Source of the DNA: Eledone cirrhosa
Taxonomy: Eukaryota
Reading direction: 5' to 3'
NCBI GenBank assembly: GCA_964016885.1
Contig: OZ024743.1
Coordinates: 168,888,001-168,952,000, forward strand
Length of the DNA stretch: 64,000 nt
Positions within the stretch are counted from its first letter, which is position 1. Each line of letters opens with the position of its first letter. The notes beneath the pieces were generated by a model. That model did not search any database. It saw nothing but the letters and a program-made list of their open reading frames with translations, and was not told the DNA's origin. Shown here piece by piece: positions 1 through 15,672 of this stretch. A program made the position numbers and the translations under genes.

Positions 1-1637
1 GTATATTCCAAAGGGACAGCCTGTCACCACTGATGTTTGTACTGTCCATGATACCACTGACAATGATTTTAAGAAAAACTAAGGATGAGTATGAATTCAA
101 ATGTCGCCAACAAACAATCAACCACTTATTGTACATTGACGACCACAAGCTTTATGTTAAGAATGAATCCCAGTTTGGTCCCCTCGTTAATGGAGTTCGA
201 ATAAAAAAGTGTGGGCTCTTAATATTAAACAAAGCCAAAATTAAAAGCATTGAAGGGTTGGTCCTGCCATCATGGAAGATTATGAAGCAAACAGAAAAGG
301 AAGGTTATAAGTATGTAGGGATATTGGAATTTGATAAGAGAATGCACGAGGGACTGAAAGAAAAATTTAAGGTAGAATACATGCGCAGACGGAGACTTCT
401 TTTCAAACTGAAACTGAATGGACTGAATAAGATGGAAGCTATCAATACATGGGTGGTATCACTCCTTAGATATGGGATGAGGGTAATTATGTAAACAGTA
501 GAAGAGTAAATAGTTTAGACCGAAAGACAAGAAAGATATCTACTAAATATTGGGTATTTCACCAAAAGAGTGACACAGACAGATGTACGAAGAAAAAGAG
601 GAGGAAGAGGACTGATGGGGTGCGAAGACAACATCAGAAGAGAAGAAAATAACATAAAACTTCCACAGAATTGCTGTTGCTGAAAGCAAGAAGGCCAGGG
701 TTGTGTATAATATAAGACTACAAAGATAAAATACAGTACAAGTATTTGAAGATGGATGAAACTGAGATTAGATGGACAGAAAAAAGGATGTATAGTCAAT
801 TCTATAGAAACGCTGAAGGTAGGACTGAAAAAGAAAAACGTTAGTTATGGATGGCTAAAAGTGATCTAAAATCAGAAACAGAAGCCTTAATCTATGCTGC
901 TCAAGAACAAGCACTAAGAACTAACTACATCAAGCATAAAGTAGACCACACAGCAGAAAGAGATGAGTGTAGGATTTGTGGCATGAATGGAGAAACTATA
1001 TGACATATTACCAGTCAAAGTACACCATTAGCACTGAAAGAATATAAGAGACCTCACGCCAACATAGGAAGGATAGACCATTAGGCATGTTCTCACAAAT
1101 ATGTACTTGACAGAGCAGAAGTGTGGTATGAACATAAGCCTGAGGGCGTTAACGAAAATGATGATGCAAAGATCCTGTGGGATTTCGTGATACAGTGTGA
1201 CCATGAGATTGAACATAGGAGACCAGATATTATATTAATTGAGAAAGGAAGCAAACAGTGTTGGATAATATGTGTCCATCTGACAATACGGTATTCGATA
1301 AAGAAGGAAAAACAATTCATAGATATGACAGGTTAGCTTGAAAGGTTAAGCAGTTATGGTCACTGAAAAAGGTGGTGGTAATACCGATAATAGTTTGAGT
1401 TTTAGGAACAGTGAGTAAAGATCTTGAGGTGTACATTAAGCAAATTGGGGTTACAATACGGATGGAAAACTTATAAGAAACAACATTGCTTGGATCAGCT
1501 CGAATAATCCGCAGGGTGCTCGAAAAATAAGGGGTGTTACTTCAGTTCACAGGTAGTTAACATCTAACACTATAATACATCTCTAGCATTAGAAGCTGAG
1601 TGAAGAAACAATAATCATAATAATAATAATAATAATG
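1..1637 (+). mobile_element. Decayed R4/Dong-like (RLE-type) non-LTR retrotransposon, 3' part
   Basis: RT motifs (IFQ.DSLSPL, HLLYIDD), CRIC..H zinc finger, RRPDIILIEK restriction-like endonuclease, (AAT)n tail. Many stops and frameshifts. Confidence 0.85.
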
Positions 1638-4600
1638 ATTTTTTTTATTCGCCACAAGGAATAACACGAAGAAAAACATTAGAGACGGCACAGAACAGTA
1701 CAAGACGATACAAAGTGGGTTTTGGGCGTGTAAACAAGTTATAAAAAAATTAGGCTAGAAATCAAAACAATTTAAACAACAACAATTCCCCCCAAAAGGG
1801 GAAACCTCCGAGGGTCACTCGTGGCGAAAACCACACAAAAAGGCCACAGCCACCCTGACCACCAGAGCAAGCACCCTCTCTCAGTTTTCCCACTCCTCAG
1901 TCTAAAGGCGCATACTCAGACCGGGCCCGTTCACTCGATCCAGACTCGCCACATTCACCCACCTTTCAACAAACTTACTAGAAGATAGCACTTGCCTCTC
2001 CACCCTGATTTTCCTCTTCAAGTGAAACTTGAAAAAGTTAATCGGGGATTGGCCGAAGAGGAAAGTGTCCGTATCAACCCTTTCAACCTTGTCAACCACA
2101 CAATCTCTTTCGCCATGGCCTCCAGGCAGATGAAAACTTCCTGCCCTTCCTCCTCTTTAAAGGAGGATGGCGGGGTTATCTGCACAATGGACTCAGTTGA
2201 TGACCGGATCCGACCTACACGCGACAGCAAATGTTCGACATAGATCCACTAGTCACCAATCCTCAAGCACTGAACGAGTGCGGGCAGGACGGTTTCATCG
2301 CCCTGCGCGCGTCTTGGACAGGCTCGGCTGACATTACCTCCGTGCCTGTAGAGCTTATCCCGAACCAGCAACGCTCCCAGGTAGCACTGCCAGGCCAGGG
2401 ATTTCTGGTAATTGTCCATAGGCGCCGGTCTGAAAGTTCTCTTGAAGAGAGCGAACAGCTGATCGTCTTCGACGCCCAGGGTGTCCCCGAGAACGTCGTC
2501 GCTCTTTCCCTCCACTAGCCCTTTATAGAACTCCGAGGTTGATGTTCCACCGATACTAGTGCCCAGCTGGTGGAGGGTGGTGAGCGCTTGGAGACATTTC
2601 AGCTTTCAAGCGTATTCCCTCCGTCTTTTCCTGATCCAGGACTGCAGCTCCGTCAAGGAGACGAGCTGGGGAAAAGCACCTCTGGCAAACGGCGGCCACA
2701 CCTGTTCACCGCCAAGGAAGCACCAGAGATGTAGCAGCCTCAGCGCATGTTTGCGCATCATCAGCCACAGCATGCCTAGTCCTCCACGCAACGGGTGTTG
2801 ACAGCAAATTGATCTTCTAACCATGGGAGCACGTCCCTTCCACAAAAAGCGGAAGAGAAGGGGCTCCATTTTGGTCAGAGGTGGGCGGGGGCAAGGTACA
2901 ACAGTAAGGCAGTAGCAGATGACGGATTCTATGTACGCATTCGCCACCTCCGCCCGACATTTCAAAGACAGTCTCCTCTCGGCCCATTTCTGGGTGCGAA
3001 AGGCCACCCTGTTCGTCACCTCGCTCCGGTTTTTCTCCATCTGGAGGTCCGGACCGAACCAGATCCCAAACAATTTAACAGGTCATTCCGTCCAGCGCCC
3101 CACGACGCTATCGGTCGGCATGGACTTGCCTCTCCAGGTGCCGAGTTGCAAGCCCACCGACTTTTCCGGGTTTATCTTTGCTCCTGTCACCGCTTCGTAT
3201 ACATTGAGAGCGGTGCCGAATAACTGGTCGTGTTTGGTGCTCGACACTACCACGGTGACATCGTCGGCGTAAGCTGACACAGATCTCCCGCATCCCAGTT
3301 TGCTTGGGACTCCCCTCGTCGTCTCCAATTTGTGAAGTAACGGCTCGAGAGCCAGTACGTACAAGAGGGACGAGAAGGGGCAACCCATGGTGGCCCGAGC
3401 GCATAATGCTGAATGGCTGCGACAGGTGGCCATTCACCCACACAATCGAGCAGATGTCGCCTGTGCAACGTTGCGATCCACCCCCTAAACATGGGCCCGA
3501 AGCCGTCCGCCTCAAGGACCGCAGCCAGGTACCGATTGTCGACCCTATCAAATGCTTTAGATTGTTCCAAGTTGATCAGGGCCCTACCCGTGCCAGATTC
3601 CGTAACAACCCTCTCTATGGTGTATCACATGAGATAGAGGTTGTCGTGGATTGATCTGTCTGGGATGGCGCATGTCTGCCACTCTCCCACCAGATCACCG
3701 ACAACAAGCGCCAATCACTTTGCTAACACCTTGACAAAAATTTTAAACTCTGCGTTTAGCAGTGTTATGGGCCTGAAGTTGTCTATAACGTCCCCCTTGT
3801 TCGGGTCTTTTCTCAGCAGCACCACCGCTCCCCAGCTCACAAAACTGAGAATGCTCCCGTTTTTCTGCCAGTTGCAGTAGACATCTGCCAAGAGGTCACC
3901 GAACAAGTCTAGCATATACGCATAAAGCTCTAAGGGTAGACCATCCACACTTGGGGATTTACCCCTCTTGCAGTGAGACATCGCTTCCCGCATTTCACCT
4001 GCTGTTATCGACTTTTCGCACCACTGCGGTCATTGCGAGCCCCGGCAATCCGTCGAGGTATGTACTGAAGTCCATACTCCGATCCGGCCGCCGCAGCTCC
4101 CTAACAATTGAGCAAAGTGCTGTTGAAAAGCCGCACACATTTGCTCGGGTTCGAGCAACATGCACCCCTTTTGCTCAAGCAAAGATCGAATTGTGGACTT
4201 ATTGCCACGTCGCTCCTCCACCACCCGGGCCCATTGAACGGCTTTTGTCCCCTCCTGTCTTAGAGCACGCCCTCTAGCTCTGACGACACAACCTTCATGC
4301 TTTGCGTTGAAGAATTGGTCGAGTGCCAATCTCGCTGCAAGCACGTCGGTTGCGATGCCTGTCCCAAATGCCTCTTCTAGCTTTCTAACTAGCTCTCCCT
4401 CTACTCTATTTTTCCTCTATCACTACTCCTTTGCTAAACCTTATGGATTCTACTCTAATAGCCCTTTTCAGGGTAAACGACCACCTGTTGTTGACGATCG
4501 CACCCGTCAACGCACGCTTAATTAATTCGCTAATCCGGTCTCTGTAAGCTTTGCGCGCCGGGAACGACGCGTTCAGCTTCCAGTAGCAGAGCCCTTGCTT

Positions 4601-5380
4601 ATGGAGTCTATCTAAGTCAACTTCACAGATCACAAATTTGTGGTCCGTGTAGTCGACTACTTTAAATTGTGGACAACCTACACTAGCCTTATCTGTTTCC
4701 CTACAGAATACCCTATCTGTATACGATCTAGATGACCCAATGCGGTTTGCCCATGTCCACATTGGCATATTCGGATAATCCAGCCTCTACCTGTCAGACA
4801 GTTCCAAACGTATGAGCAGGTTGTTGAGGCTTTTACACCTTCCTCCCCTGTCTACTAGCCCCACAAAATCACAGCGTGACATTTTTCTGACGGTGCGGTA
4901 AGTCACTGCCTGTAGCTGCTGGTCCTTGAAAAAATCGGGTGGAGGTTTCAGGGACACTCTATTGTCATTTCTTGTCACCATGGCCCTTGCAACTGCCATC
5001 TCCTCCTCTGTGACTAGCACTGTTTCTATATTTCGGGCCACACCTGCGAAAGAAGTGGCCCCTGTTTCAGCGGCACCATTATTGCTGCCGCTACTGCTGC
5101 TACTGGTCTTGTTGTTGGTGCTGTTGCTGTTGGTACTGCTACAAACGGTGTTACTGGTGTTGTTGGTGTTATCACTGTTGTAGTTGGTTGTGTTTTTAGT
5201 GCCACCGTTGTTCTTCCCGGTGCAATTTGTATTGCTGCATTTGTTGTCATTTTTTCTGTTGTCTGTATTTTGGTTGTCGCTGTTATCGTTGTAGTTGGTG
5301 TGGTAATTCTTTAAATTATTGTTCTCAGTGTTGTCAATGGTGTCTTTGTTCACATTGTTTGTGGTGGTGTTTGTCGTATC
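1638..5380 (-). mobile_element. Tx1-clade LINE copy A, internally deleted (ORF1 Asn/Thr-rich piece fused to mid-APE, then RT and 3' end)
   Basis: WKLNAS, KSP..DGLP, FRPITLLN, KAFDRV, SAYADD, FRFLWKG motifs on the - strand. 3' end abuts an (ATT)n tract. Confidence 0.85.
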
Positions 5381-5617
5381 AATTTATGTAACCCTCCTCT
5401 CAACTTTTACGCCGTTGCCACACGACAGCAGACATATTGCTGAGGAGCATGGCTCAGCCATGTTCTTTTTGTTTTTTTTAATTAATTTTTAAAAGTAAAA
5501 TGTTCAAATATTTGGGCCAAAAGGCCCAGATATTATACTTTCCCCTTCACAGGACAAAGCCCAAGGGCTTATATCCCTTACACAACAAATAATTATAACA
5601 GGTAAATAAAGCGACTT

Positions 5618-8600
5618 ACTGCAGCTCCGTCAAGGAGACGAGCTGTGGGAAAACGTGCCTGGCGAACGAACAGCGACCACACCTGTTCATCGTCAAGGAA
5701 GCACCAGAGATGTCGCAGCGCAGGTTTGCGCATCATCAGCCATGGCTTGCCCAGTCCTCCACGCAACGGGTGTTGACAGCGATGGATCGTCTGAGCAGGG
5801 GAGCGCGTCCCTTCCACAAAAAGCAGAAGAGGAGGCGCTCCATTTTGGTGAGAGTTGGGACGGGGCAAGGGAAGTCGGTGAGGCGGTAGCAGATGACGGA
5901 TGCGATGTAAACATTCGCCACCTCCTCCCGCCCTTTCAGGGTCAGCTTCCTCTCGGCCCATTTCTGGTGAGGGAGACCACCTTGCTCGTCACTTAGCTCC
6001 AGTTTTTCTCCATCTGGAGGTCCGGTCCGAACCCGAGTAATTTAACCGGTCCGTCCGTCCAATGCCCCACGACGCTGTCGGACAGCATGGACTTGCCTCT
6101 CCAGGTGCCGAGCTGCAAGCCCACCGACTTTTCCTAGTTTATCTTTGCTCCTGTCACCGCTTCGTATTCCTTGAGAGCGTTGCCGAGCATCTGGACGTGT
6201 CTGGTGCTCGACACCACCACGGTGGTGTCGTCGGCATAAGCCGACTCGGATTTCCCGCATCCTAGTTCGCGTGGGACGTCCCTCATCACCCCAGTTTGTG
6301 CAGTAACGGCTCGAGAGCCCATACGTACAAGAGGGACGAGAGGGGACTGGCGGACCGAGCGCATAATGCTGAATGGCTGCGACAGGTGACCGTTCACCCT
6401 CACAACTGAGCAGATGTCGCTGTACATCGCAGCGATCCAACCCCTAAAAACAGGCCCGAAACCGGCTGCCACGAGGACCTCCGCCAGGTACCGATGGTCA
6501 ACCCTATCGAATGCTTTGGATTGATCCAAGTTGATCAGAGCCCCACCCATGCCAGGTTCCTTAACCACCATCTCTATGATGTATCGCATGAGGTGGAGGT
6601 TGTCGTGTATGGATCTGTCCGGAATGACCCATGTCTGCGCCTCTCCCACCAGACACTTGACGACAAGCGCCAACCTCGTTGCTAACACCTTGGCCAAAAT
6701 CTTGAACTCTGCGTTTAACAGGGTTATGGGCCTGAAGTAATCGATAACATCCCCCTTGTTCGGGTTTTTTCTCAGCAGCGCCACCGCTCCCCGGCTCACA
6801 AAACTGGGAATGGTCCCGTTCTGCTGCCAGTGGTAGTAGACGTCTGCCAAGAGGTCACCGAACAAGTCTGGCATAAATGCATAAAGCTCGTAGGGCAGAC
6901 CATCCAAACCTAGCGATTATACCTCTCGTGCAGTTAGCCATCGCTTTCCGTATATCAGCGGCTATTATTGGCTTTTCGCAACACTGTGATGCGGTCGTCG
7001 AGAGCCGAAGCAGTCCGTCGAGGTATGCACTGAAGTCCATACCTCGATCCGGCCCGCCACTGCTCCCGAACAGTTCAGCAAAGTGTTGCTGAAAAGCTTC
7101 ACACATCTACTCGGGTTCGAGCAACACGCGCCCGTTTTGGTCAGATAAAGACCGAATTGTGGCTTTGTTGCCACGTCGCGCCTCTGCCACCCGGGCCCAT
7201 TGGACGGATTGTGTCCTCTCGTGTTTCAAAGCACGCGCTCTAGCTCTGACAACGCAGCCTTCGGGTTTTGCGTTGAAGAATTGGTCGAGTGCCTATCTCG
7301 CCGCAAGCACGTCGGTTGCCATGCCTGTCCTAAACGCCTCTTCTAGCTTTCTGAATAGCTCTCCCTCTACTCTATTTTCCCCTATCACTAGCCATTTGCT
7401 AAACCTAATCGACTCTACTTTAATTACCCTTTTCAGGGCGAACCACCTCCAGTTGTTGACGACCGCTCCCGCCAACGCCCGCTTAACTAAGACGCTAATC
7501 CGGTCTCTGTAGGCTTTGCGCGCCGGGAAAGACGCGTTCAGCTTCCAGTAACCGGGTCCTTGTCTATCAAGTCTGTCTATGTCGATCTCACGGATTAAAA
7601 ATTTGTGGTCCGTGTAGTCGACTATTTTAAATTGTGGACAACCTATACTAACCTTATCTAGTTCCCTGCAGAATACCCGATCGAGATACGATCTGGATGA
7701 CCCGATACGGTTTGTCCATGTCCACGTTGGCACATTCGGGTGATCCAGTCGATACCTGTCAGACAGTTCAAAACGTCTGAGCAGGTTGGTGAGGCTCTTA
7801 CACCCTCCTCCCATATCCACTAGCCCCACACAATCCCAGCGTGCATCCAAGATACCGTTCAAGTCGCCCACTAACACTAAAGAGCGGGACGTTCCAAAAA
7901 AGGTCTCTAGACGTCTAAAGAAATCTGGCCGTGCTGTTCCTGTCAGGGCATAGACGGTTACTTGTCTGAAAGCGTTGCCTTCGTTGCCGGTCACGTCCAG
8001 CACCATCGACTTACCTTCTGGGTTTAGGAAATGGCCCGTATGGCGAGATTCAAGCCTCTCCGAAAAAGGACGGCAACTCCCCCCCCCCCCCCGATCCTGG
8101 ACGGCTGGGAGATGCGTATACATCGTAGCCGCCAAAGATCGGTGCGAAGGCTCATGCTTCGGAGATTCTGGTCTAGTGACCTGATGTCGTTAAGCAGGTG
8201 ACCCTGCTCCCACGATGACCCCAGGCCACGTGCATTTATACTGCCTATTCTGAGTACGGACATGTTGGATGAGAAACGGGGCAAGTGAGAAAGGTCACTT
8301 ACCTTGATCGTGTGGTGAAGGCATAGTAGAACCGTCCCTTTGGCTGGTGATGGGTGTTTCCAAGAGGATGTCAGTGTATATCCTTTTGGTAACCGACCCT
8401 CTGAAGTCCCCAACTGCGTTGGGGAATTTTTGTTTTAAAAGTTTGTACTGTTCTATTTTGATATCAATGATGCTTATGTTTGTCGGGAGAGTTCTTGGTG
8501 TTGGTGGGGTGTAGTAGTTTTTTCTGTGATGTCTGTGTGCTGCTTTATATGTTGTATGAGTTCTTTATTTGCCATGTTTAAGGCTGTGTACTTTTTGGGG

Positions 8601-9560
8601 ACAGGGGTGATTTTGTTGCTGTTTTCTTGTTATTGCTGTTGGGTGTGTGTGCGTTTTGTTTTGTTTGCGTTGTTGGTGTTTTGGTGATGCTGGTGGTGGT
8701 GTGGTTGTTGTTGGCGGTGGTGCTTGTGGTCGTGATAGTGATGGTGGTGGTGTTGCTGCAAGTTTCCTTGCAGCCTTTACCCCTCTTTGTGTGCCTTCGC
8801 TTTTGGAGAGTGAAGCTAAGGGTTTTTTCTTTGTTGTTTTCTGTGGCAGACCGTTTGCCACTCACTCCCGCCTCAAACTCCATGTCGGATTCCGTGGCGT
8901 CTGGGAGGGGTATGTGCTCCACAGCTGTTGGTGGTGGTAGTGGAGCCCTCTCCGGCAATTTTGTTGCTGGTGCAGCTACTGCAAATGTAGCTATTGGTGT
9001 TGCCGCCACTGACGCTGCTGCTTTAGTTGTCCGTGGCCTTGGTACGGGTGCCACGGACGTTGCCCTCCTACTCACAGTAGAAGGGGCTTCTGTGTTTGTT
9101 GCCTGCCCTGCTGTTGGTAGCAGTGGACTAGGTATCGGAAGGAGAGGACCCTTCTTCTTCGCTGTCTTCTGCGGGCAAAAGGCCCCTAGGTGACCCTTTG
9201 ACCCACAGAGATAACATTTTGGCCGTCTTCCTTCTACGCTTATAGGGAGTTGGAGTCCTTCCTCTATGTCTATGATATCGGGGATAGCGTCGATACATTC
9301 CTGGTCAGTTTGTATAAGCATTTGCATGCCTATACCTGACCAGTTCTCTCTCCCTATCTTTTCTACTTGCAGCATGGTCGTCCTGTTCTCGATTCCAGCA
9401 AGGACAGACGCGGCCAGCCAAGGTTTGGGCACGTCGGGTGGGACCTGTGTCACTTTCACCCTCACAATTTTCTTCCCGCAGTAGGAGGGCACCAAGACTA
9501 TCTCCTCACTCTTTAGGGTTACCAAAGAGTGAGACTTCGCTTCTTGGGGAGTGGCGAAAC
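5618..9560 (-). mobile_element. Tx1-clade LINE copy B: ORF1 (8578-9525, CCHC knuckle CYLCGSKGHLGAFC) plus disrupted APE-RT ORF2 (ATG at 8263), 3'-truncated
   Basis: ORF2 begins MSVLRIGSINARGL and carries GDLN, YLDRVF, TDH, WKLN, RPITLLN, KAFDRV and YADD. Confidence 0.88.
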
Positions 9561-9687
9561 TTCTTCTAAACTTCTATCAAGTTTAAAACTTGAATAAAAG
9601 GTTTAGAACGGTTGAAAACGAGGTATACTGTAGGTAAAAACTGGAGGCAATAAGAAGCGTGGCTTCACCTTCAATAATAATAATAAT

Positions 9688-9990
9688 AATAATTGTTTCT
9701 TTTTTTGGCACCAGGCCAGCAATTATCCCACTACATTACTGGTACTTTATTGTATCGACCCCGTAAGGATGAAAGGCAAAGTTAATAATAATAATAATAA
9801 TAATTGTTTCTACTTTTGGCACAAGGCCAGCAACTATTCCAGTGCATTACTGGTACTTTATTTTATCGACGCCGTAAGAATGAAAGGAAAAGTTAACCAC
9901 GGCGGGATTTGAACTCAGGCCTTTTAAGGCCATAACTCTAATGCTGCAGAGCATGGTTTCTAACGCTCTACCGATACTGCCAATTCACAA
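9688..9990 (-). mobile_element. Two copies of the same SINE (one 5'-truncated) in (AAT)n
   Basis: Same core and tail as the 51.3-52.3 kb array. Confidence 0.85.
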
Positions 9991-9997
9991 GAATAAC

Positions 9998-10040
<43 letters not shown>

Positions 10041-10041
<1 letters not shown>

Positions 10042-13000
10042 TAATTTCTTTATTGGCCACAAGAGCCTACATATAGGGGACAATACAACAGACGGGGACG
10101 GTGCGGGTTTACATATAGAGGTATGAAAATATAAATAACAATAACAAAATAACAATAAAAATTCAACAATGAAAACCTCCAGGGTCGTGTCAGGAACCCC
10201 ACCAATCCTGGGAAGGGTACCCCTCTCCTCCTCAAATTAACCAGTTTACAGGCACATGAGAGTGGCTACCCTGATCGTGACTACGTCCCAATTCTTATCC
10301 AGATGGGGGTTTGGTCCAAACCAAACCTCGATCAACTTTAGTGGTCCTGCCAAGCAGCAAGCCCACAGACTTTTCCGGATTTAGTTTCGCTCTCGTCAAC
10401 CTTGATTTCCGAGGTGTTCGGCACCATCACGGTGATGTCGTCTGTGTATGCCGGCACAGCCCTTCCACGTCCCGGTTCGAGCAGGATACCCTGCAACAGC
10501 TCTATCTTCCGTAGTAAAGTCTCGAGAGTCAATAGATACAGAAGGTAGGAGAGAGAGCACTCTTGACAGACGGACCGGGAGATCTTAAACGGTTCCGAAA
10601 GGTGACCATTAACTTTGACCACTTAGCAGATGCCGCTGTGCATTGCAGCGATCCAGCCTCTGAAAACGAGACTGAAGCCAACTGCCTTGAGGACAGCCTG
10701 CAGGTATCGATGATCGACCCCATCGAAGACTTTCGATTGATCTAAATTAACCGGAGCTCCACCGAAGCCAGGTTTACACCCAGCCCTCTCTATGATGTAT
10801 CGCATGAGGTAGAGGTTGTCATGTATGATCTGGTCGGGGTTGCGCAAGTTTGCGCCTTCACGACAAAATCCTCGACGACATGCGCTAACCTCTTCGCTAA
10901 CACCTTGACCAAAATCTTAAACTCCGTGTTGAGCAGAGTTATGGGCCTGAAATTATCTAATGTATCCCTCTTATTCTCCCCTTTCTCATCAGCATCACTA
11001 CACCCCAGCTCACAGAACTGGGAATACTCCCGTTCTGTCGCCAGTTGCAGTAGAGCGCTTTGAGGAGTCGGAGAACAAACCTGGTATAACTCGTAAGGCT
11101 GTCCATCCAAACCGGGAGACTTGCACCTCGTGCAGCCGACAAGGGCATTCCAAATTTCGGCCGAAGTTATCGGCCTTTCACAGTGCTCAGCATCTGTCGT
11201 CGAGAGATGCGGTAGGCCGACGCAGTAGGGACTGAAGTCCGCTACTGTCTCCGACCTGCCACTTCCCCCGAACGGCCGAGCAAAATATTGGCGAGAGGCC
11301 TCATAAATCTGCCTGGATTCGTTAAGTTCGCGTCCGTCTCGGTCCGTCAAAGATCGAATTGTGGTTCTGTTACCATGCTGCACATACGCCAATCGAGCCC
11401 ATCTAACAAATGTCGTTCACTCGTTTCTTTGAGCACGCGTCTTAGCTCTGACAATGCAGCCTTCGTGTTTCGCATTAAAGAAATGGTCTAGTGCCATTCT
11501 TGCAGCTAGCACGTCTGTTGCAATGCCACTCCTAATCGCCTCATCTAATTTAGTTACTAACTCCCCCACAATTTTATTTTTTCCTATCGCTACTTCTTTA
11601 CTGAATACTATAGGTTCTACTCTAATCATTCTCTTGAGAGTGCCCCACCACGTGTTATTGACGATGATTCCTGTCAACTTCTGATTAACTAATTTGTTAA
11701 TCTGGTCAATGTATGCTTTACGCGCCAGTAACGACACGTTAAGCTTCCAGCAACCGTGTCTCTCTCTACGTGTTCAATCTCAGTTGACCATGCAGATCAC
11801 AAATTTTTGGTCTGAATAGGCGACCGTATGTAATTGTGGACACCCTACTCATCTTTATCCGCTAAAATAAATTAGAGACCAATCTAAGTACGATGTAGAT
11901 GTCCCTAAGCGTTTTGTCCACGTCCACACTGGCGCATTAGGGAAATCTAGTCGGCCTTAGTTGAAACTGGCTGATCAGGTTTTTTATGCTTTTTACACCT
12001 CCTCCCCCACTTCTATCGGCTACTCCTACAGAATCCCAGCATGCGTCCAAGATACCGTTCCAATCCCCCGCTAACACTAACGGGCGAAACGTTCCTAGAA
12101 AGGCTTCCAGACGCCTAAAGAATTCTGGCCGTCCTGTCCCAGTCGGTGCGTAGACAGCCACCAGTCTAAAAACACCACCTTTACTATTGTTCACATCTAG
12201 GATCACCAGCTTACCGTCCGGGTCCAGGAAGATCGTCCGTACCTCATGACCCATGCCTTTCCTAAACAGCACTGCCACCCGCCTCCCATTCCAGGCCGAC
12301 CAAGAGATGCGTTGGTCTCAAAGTCGTCAAGAATAGGGGCTAGTGCATGCGTGTCTGAAATCATGGTCTCGCTGACGACTGTCACATCCACGGCTAGTGA
12401 CCTAAGGTCGTTGAGGAAGCGGGCTTTCTTACATGCTGACCCCAGGCCACGAACATTTATGCATTCCACTCTTAATATCCCCGTGTTGGTCGGAAAAAAA
12501 GAGAAAGAGAGAGTTACTTACCACCTGGGTGCTGTTGGATGTCGGGTGGTTCAACCTCCATGTCTGGTTGGTGGGGTCCCTTTGGGAACCCCTTTAAAAG
12601 CCTACTTGAGGTTTTTACACTGCGCGTTCCCACGTTGTTGGGGAAGCCTTCCCTTTTTCTCTATTTCTTTCCTTCGTGTTATCAGGGCCATTCATTTTTC
12701 GATTGCCCTTCTTAATAACCCAAACTTATGTGTTGTGGTGGTTATGAGTTGCTGCTGTGTGTGTTTTTGTTTAGTTGTTGGGATTAGTGGTTGTGTTGTT
12801 GGTGGAGATGGTGTTTGTGTTGACGGTTATGTTGTTGCTGGCGTGAGTGTTGTGGTATGTGTGTCTGTGTTTGGTACGAATGTGTCCTCTCTGTTTGTTG
12901 TTGTTTTGTGTCGGTGTGTGAGATTTGTTCTTGTTTCCTTTTGTTTTTAGGTTTTTAGGGTTTCCTCATCCTCGCTCAGCGATGAAGAGATTGCTGTGTT

Positions 13001-13480
13001 TGTGTAGGATGTAAATGGGAGTGTGTATGGGTGTGTTGCTTTCAATGTGTGTGTGTGTTTGAGAGGGGAAACGGGAGAGCTTCTTTGGAAGTCCTCCTGG
13101 GTGATTTTGGTGGTCCTTGCAGTTGTTGGTTGTGGTTCTGTGGCTGTTGCTGGTGGTGTTGTTTGTTTTGCTGGTGCTGCTGCAGATTTTGGTGTTGGTG
13201 CTGTTGTTGTTGCTGTTGGGGCCCTGGTGTTGCCAGATGTTCTGTAAATGGCAGAAAACTCTAGTTTGGCCACACAGATGACAGCGTGTTTTTCCCCTTC
13301 TACGCAGACCCTTATTTCCTTTCCTCCTGGAAGGGTGATCAGGTCCGGGATCTTGTCCATTGTCTCTGGTTTTATCTGGAGTAGCAACTCCAGACAGGTT
13401 CCGGATCATGACTCCCTCTGCATTATTTTCATCTCCAGAAGGTTTTGGGATGATAACGTGATAAAACAATTTACGATGTC
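10041..13480 (-). mobile_element. Tx1-clade LINE copy C (divergent family), ORF1 remnant plus disrupted ORF2 with deletions
   Basis: INVRGL, VSET, AVYAPT, GDWN, KSPGLDG, RPITLLN and YTDD motifs. Degenerate CHLCG knuckle. 3' end at (ATT)n. Confidence 0.85.
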
Positions 13481-13580
13481 TTTTTACTATTCGGTCGACA
13501 TTTTTAGTTGAAAAACCTCGCTGAATTGAGTAAAGATCTGGAGAAAATAACGGTGTGTCGCAGAAACGTATGTAAATACG

Positions 13581-13620
13581 CTTCTTCTTCTTCTTCTTCT
13601 TCTTCTTCTTCTTCTTCTTC
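13581..13620. repeat. (CTT)n microsatellite
   Basis: Direct reading. Confidence 0.95.
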
Positions 13621-13963
13621 TTTTGAGGGTCATGGGGGGGGGCAGAGTCCTCAAACACGCCGCCCAGTATGTCCTGTCAGAAGCAACCGTTTCCAATTGA
13701 TCCTGCTGTATCCCCAAGTGATAAAACCTATAATAGAATATATCAATGAATTAATGAATTACAATTTTCATCAAGAGTAAAAATACTTATTACCAAACAA
13801 CTGGAAATAACATGTAAAATCGGAAAAAATAAAGATACACTCGAGGGAAATATTTAGCATTGTTTTTATTTTTGTTGTTGGTTGTTTTTTGTTTTTAGTA
13901 TTGAACTCTTAGAATATAATATAAGAGTCTTCTAATTATCTCTATTTTGCGTGTGTTTTACAG

Positions 13964-14157
13964 GCATTCAAAGACGCACAGACAGCGTTGGCTCCTGCGT
14001 ATGGAGGTGCAACATCAGGAGCAGGTGCAGCTGATATACTTTCAGAACAAAAACCCAAATACCTTAAGAGACGTCGATCACAAAGCACCGTGAATATAAA
14101 AGGACAAATTGCCGGGGCTGAAAAATTGCATGGGTCAAGTGTTGTTATACCAAAATT
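13964..14157 (+). CDS. grh: grainyhead-like transcription factor, first internal exon seen (AFKDAQTALAPAYGG...LHGSSVVIPK-L)
   Basis: ttttacag acceptor, gtaagt donor, open frame. It ends in phase 2 (TT) and joins the A of the 21947 exon to give VVIPKLENDTSGFRY, like the IPK...GF.Y lead-in to the CP2 domain. Confidence 0.7.
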
Positions 14158-14478
14158 GTAAGTAGATATAAGGGAATGTTAATATCTTACGCTACAACCT
14201 AGTTTAAACTAAAGCTGACTTGTATAAAATAAAGTACCAGTAGTGTACTGGGTAATTGGTGGTCTTGTGCCAAAAGTAGAAACAATTATATATGTGGTGC
14301 AGTAATGACTTTGATCCTGCTTAATTTTATTTACACTCTGCACACTACTGCCTCTTACCCCTTTAATACAGCAAAATACGAGACGGACCACTGTAACAGT
14401 ATCGAGTGCTTAGATCGCGGAACCGCCATTAACTATAGTCCTGCACTTTCCTAACACCCACATACACACACGCACCCG

Positions 14479-15668
<1,190 letters not shown>

Positions 15669-15672
15669 TAAT

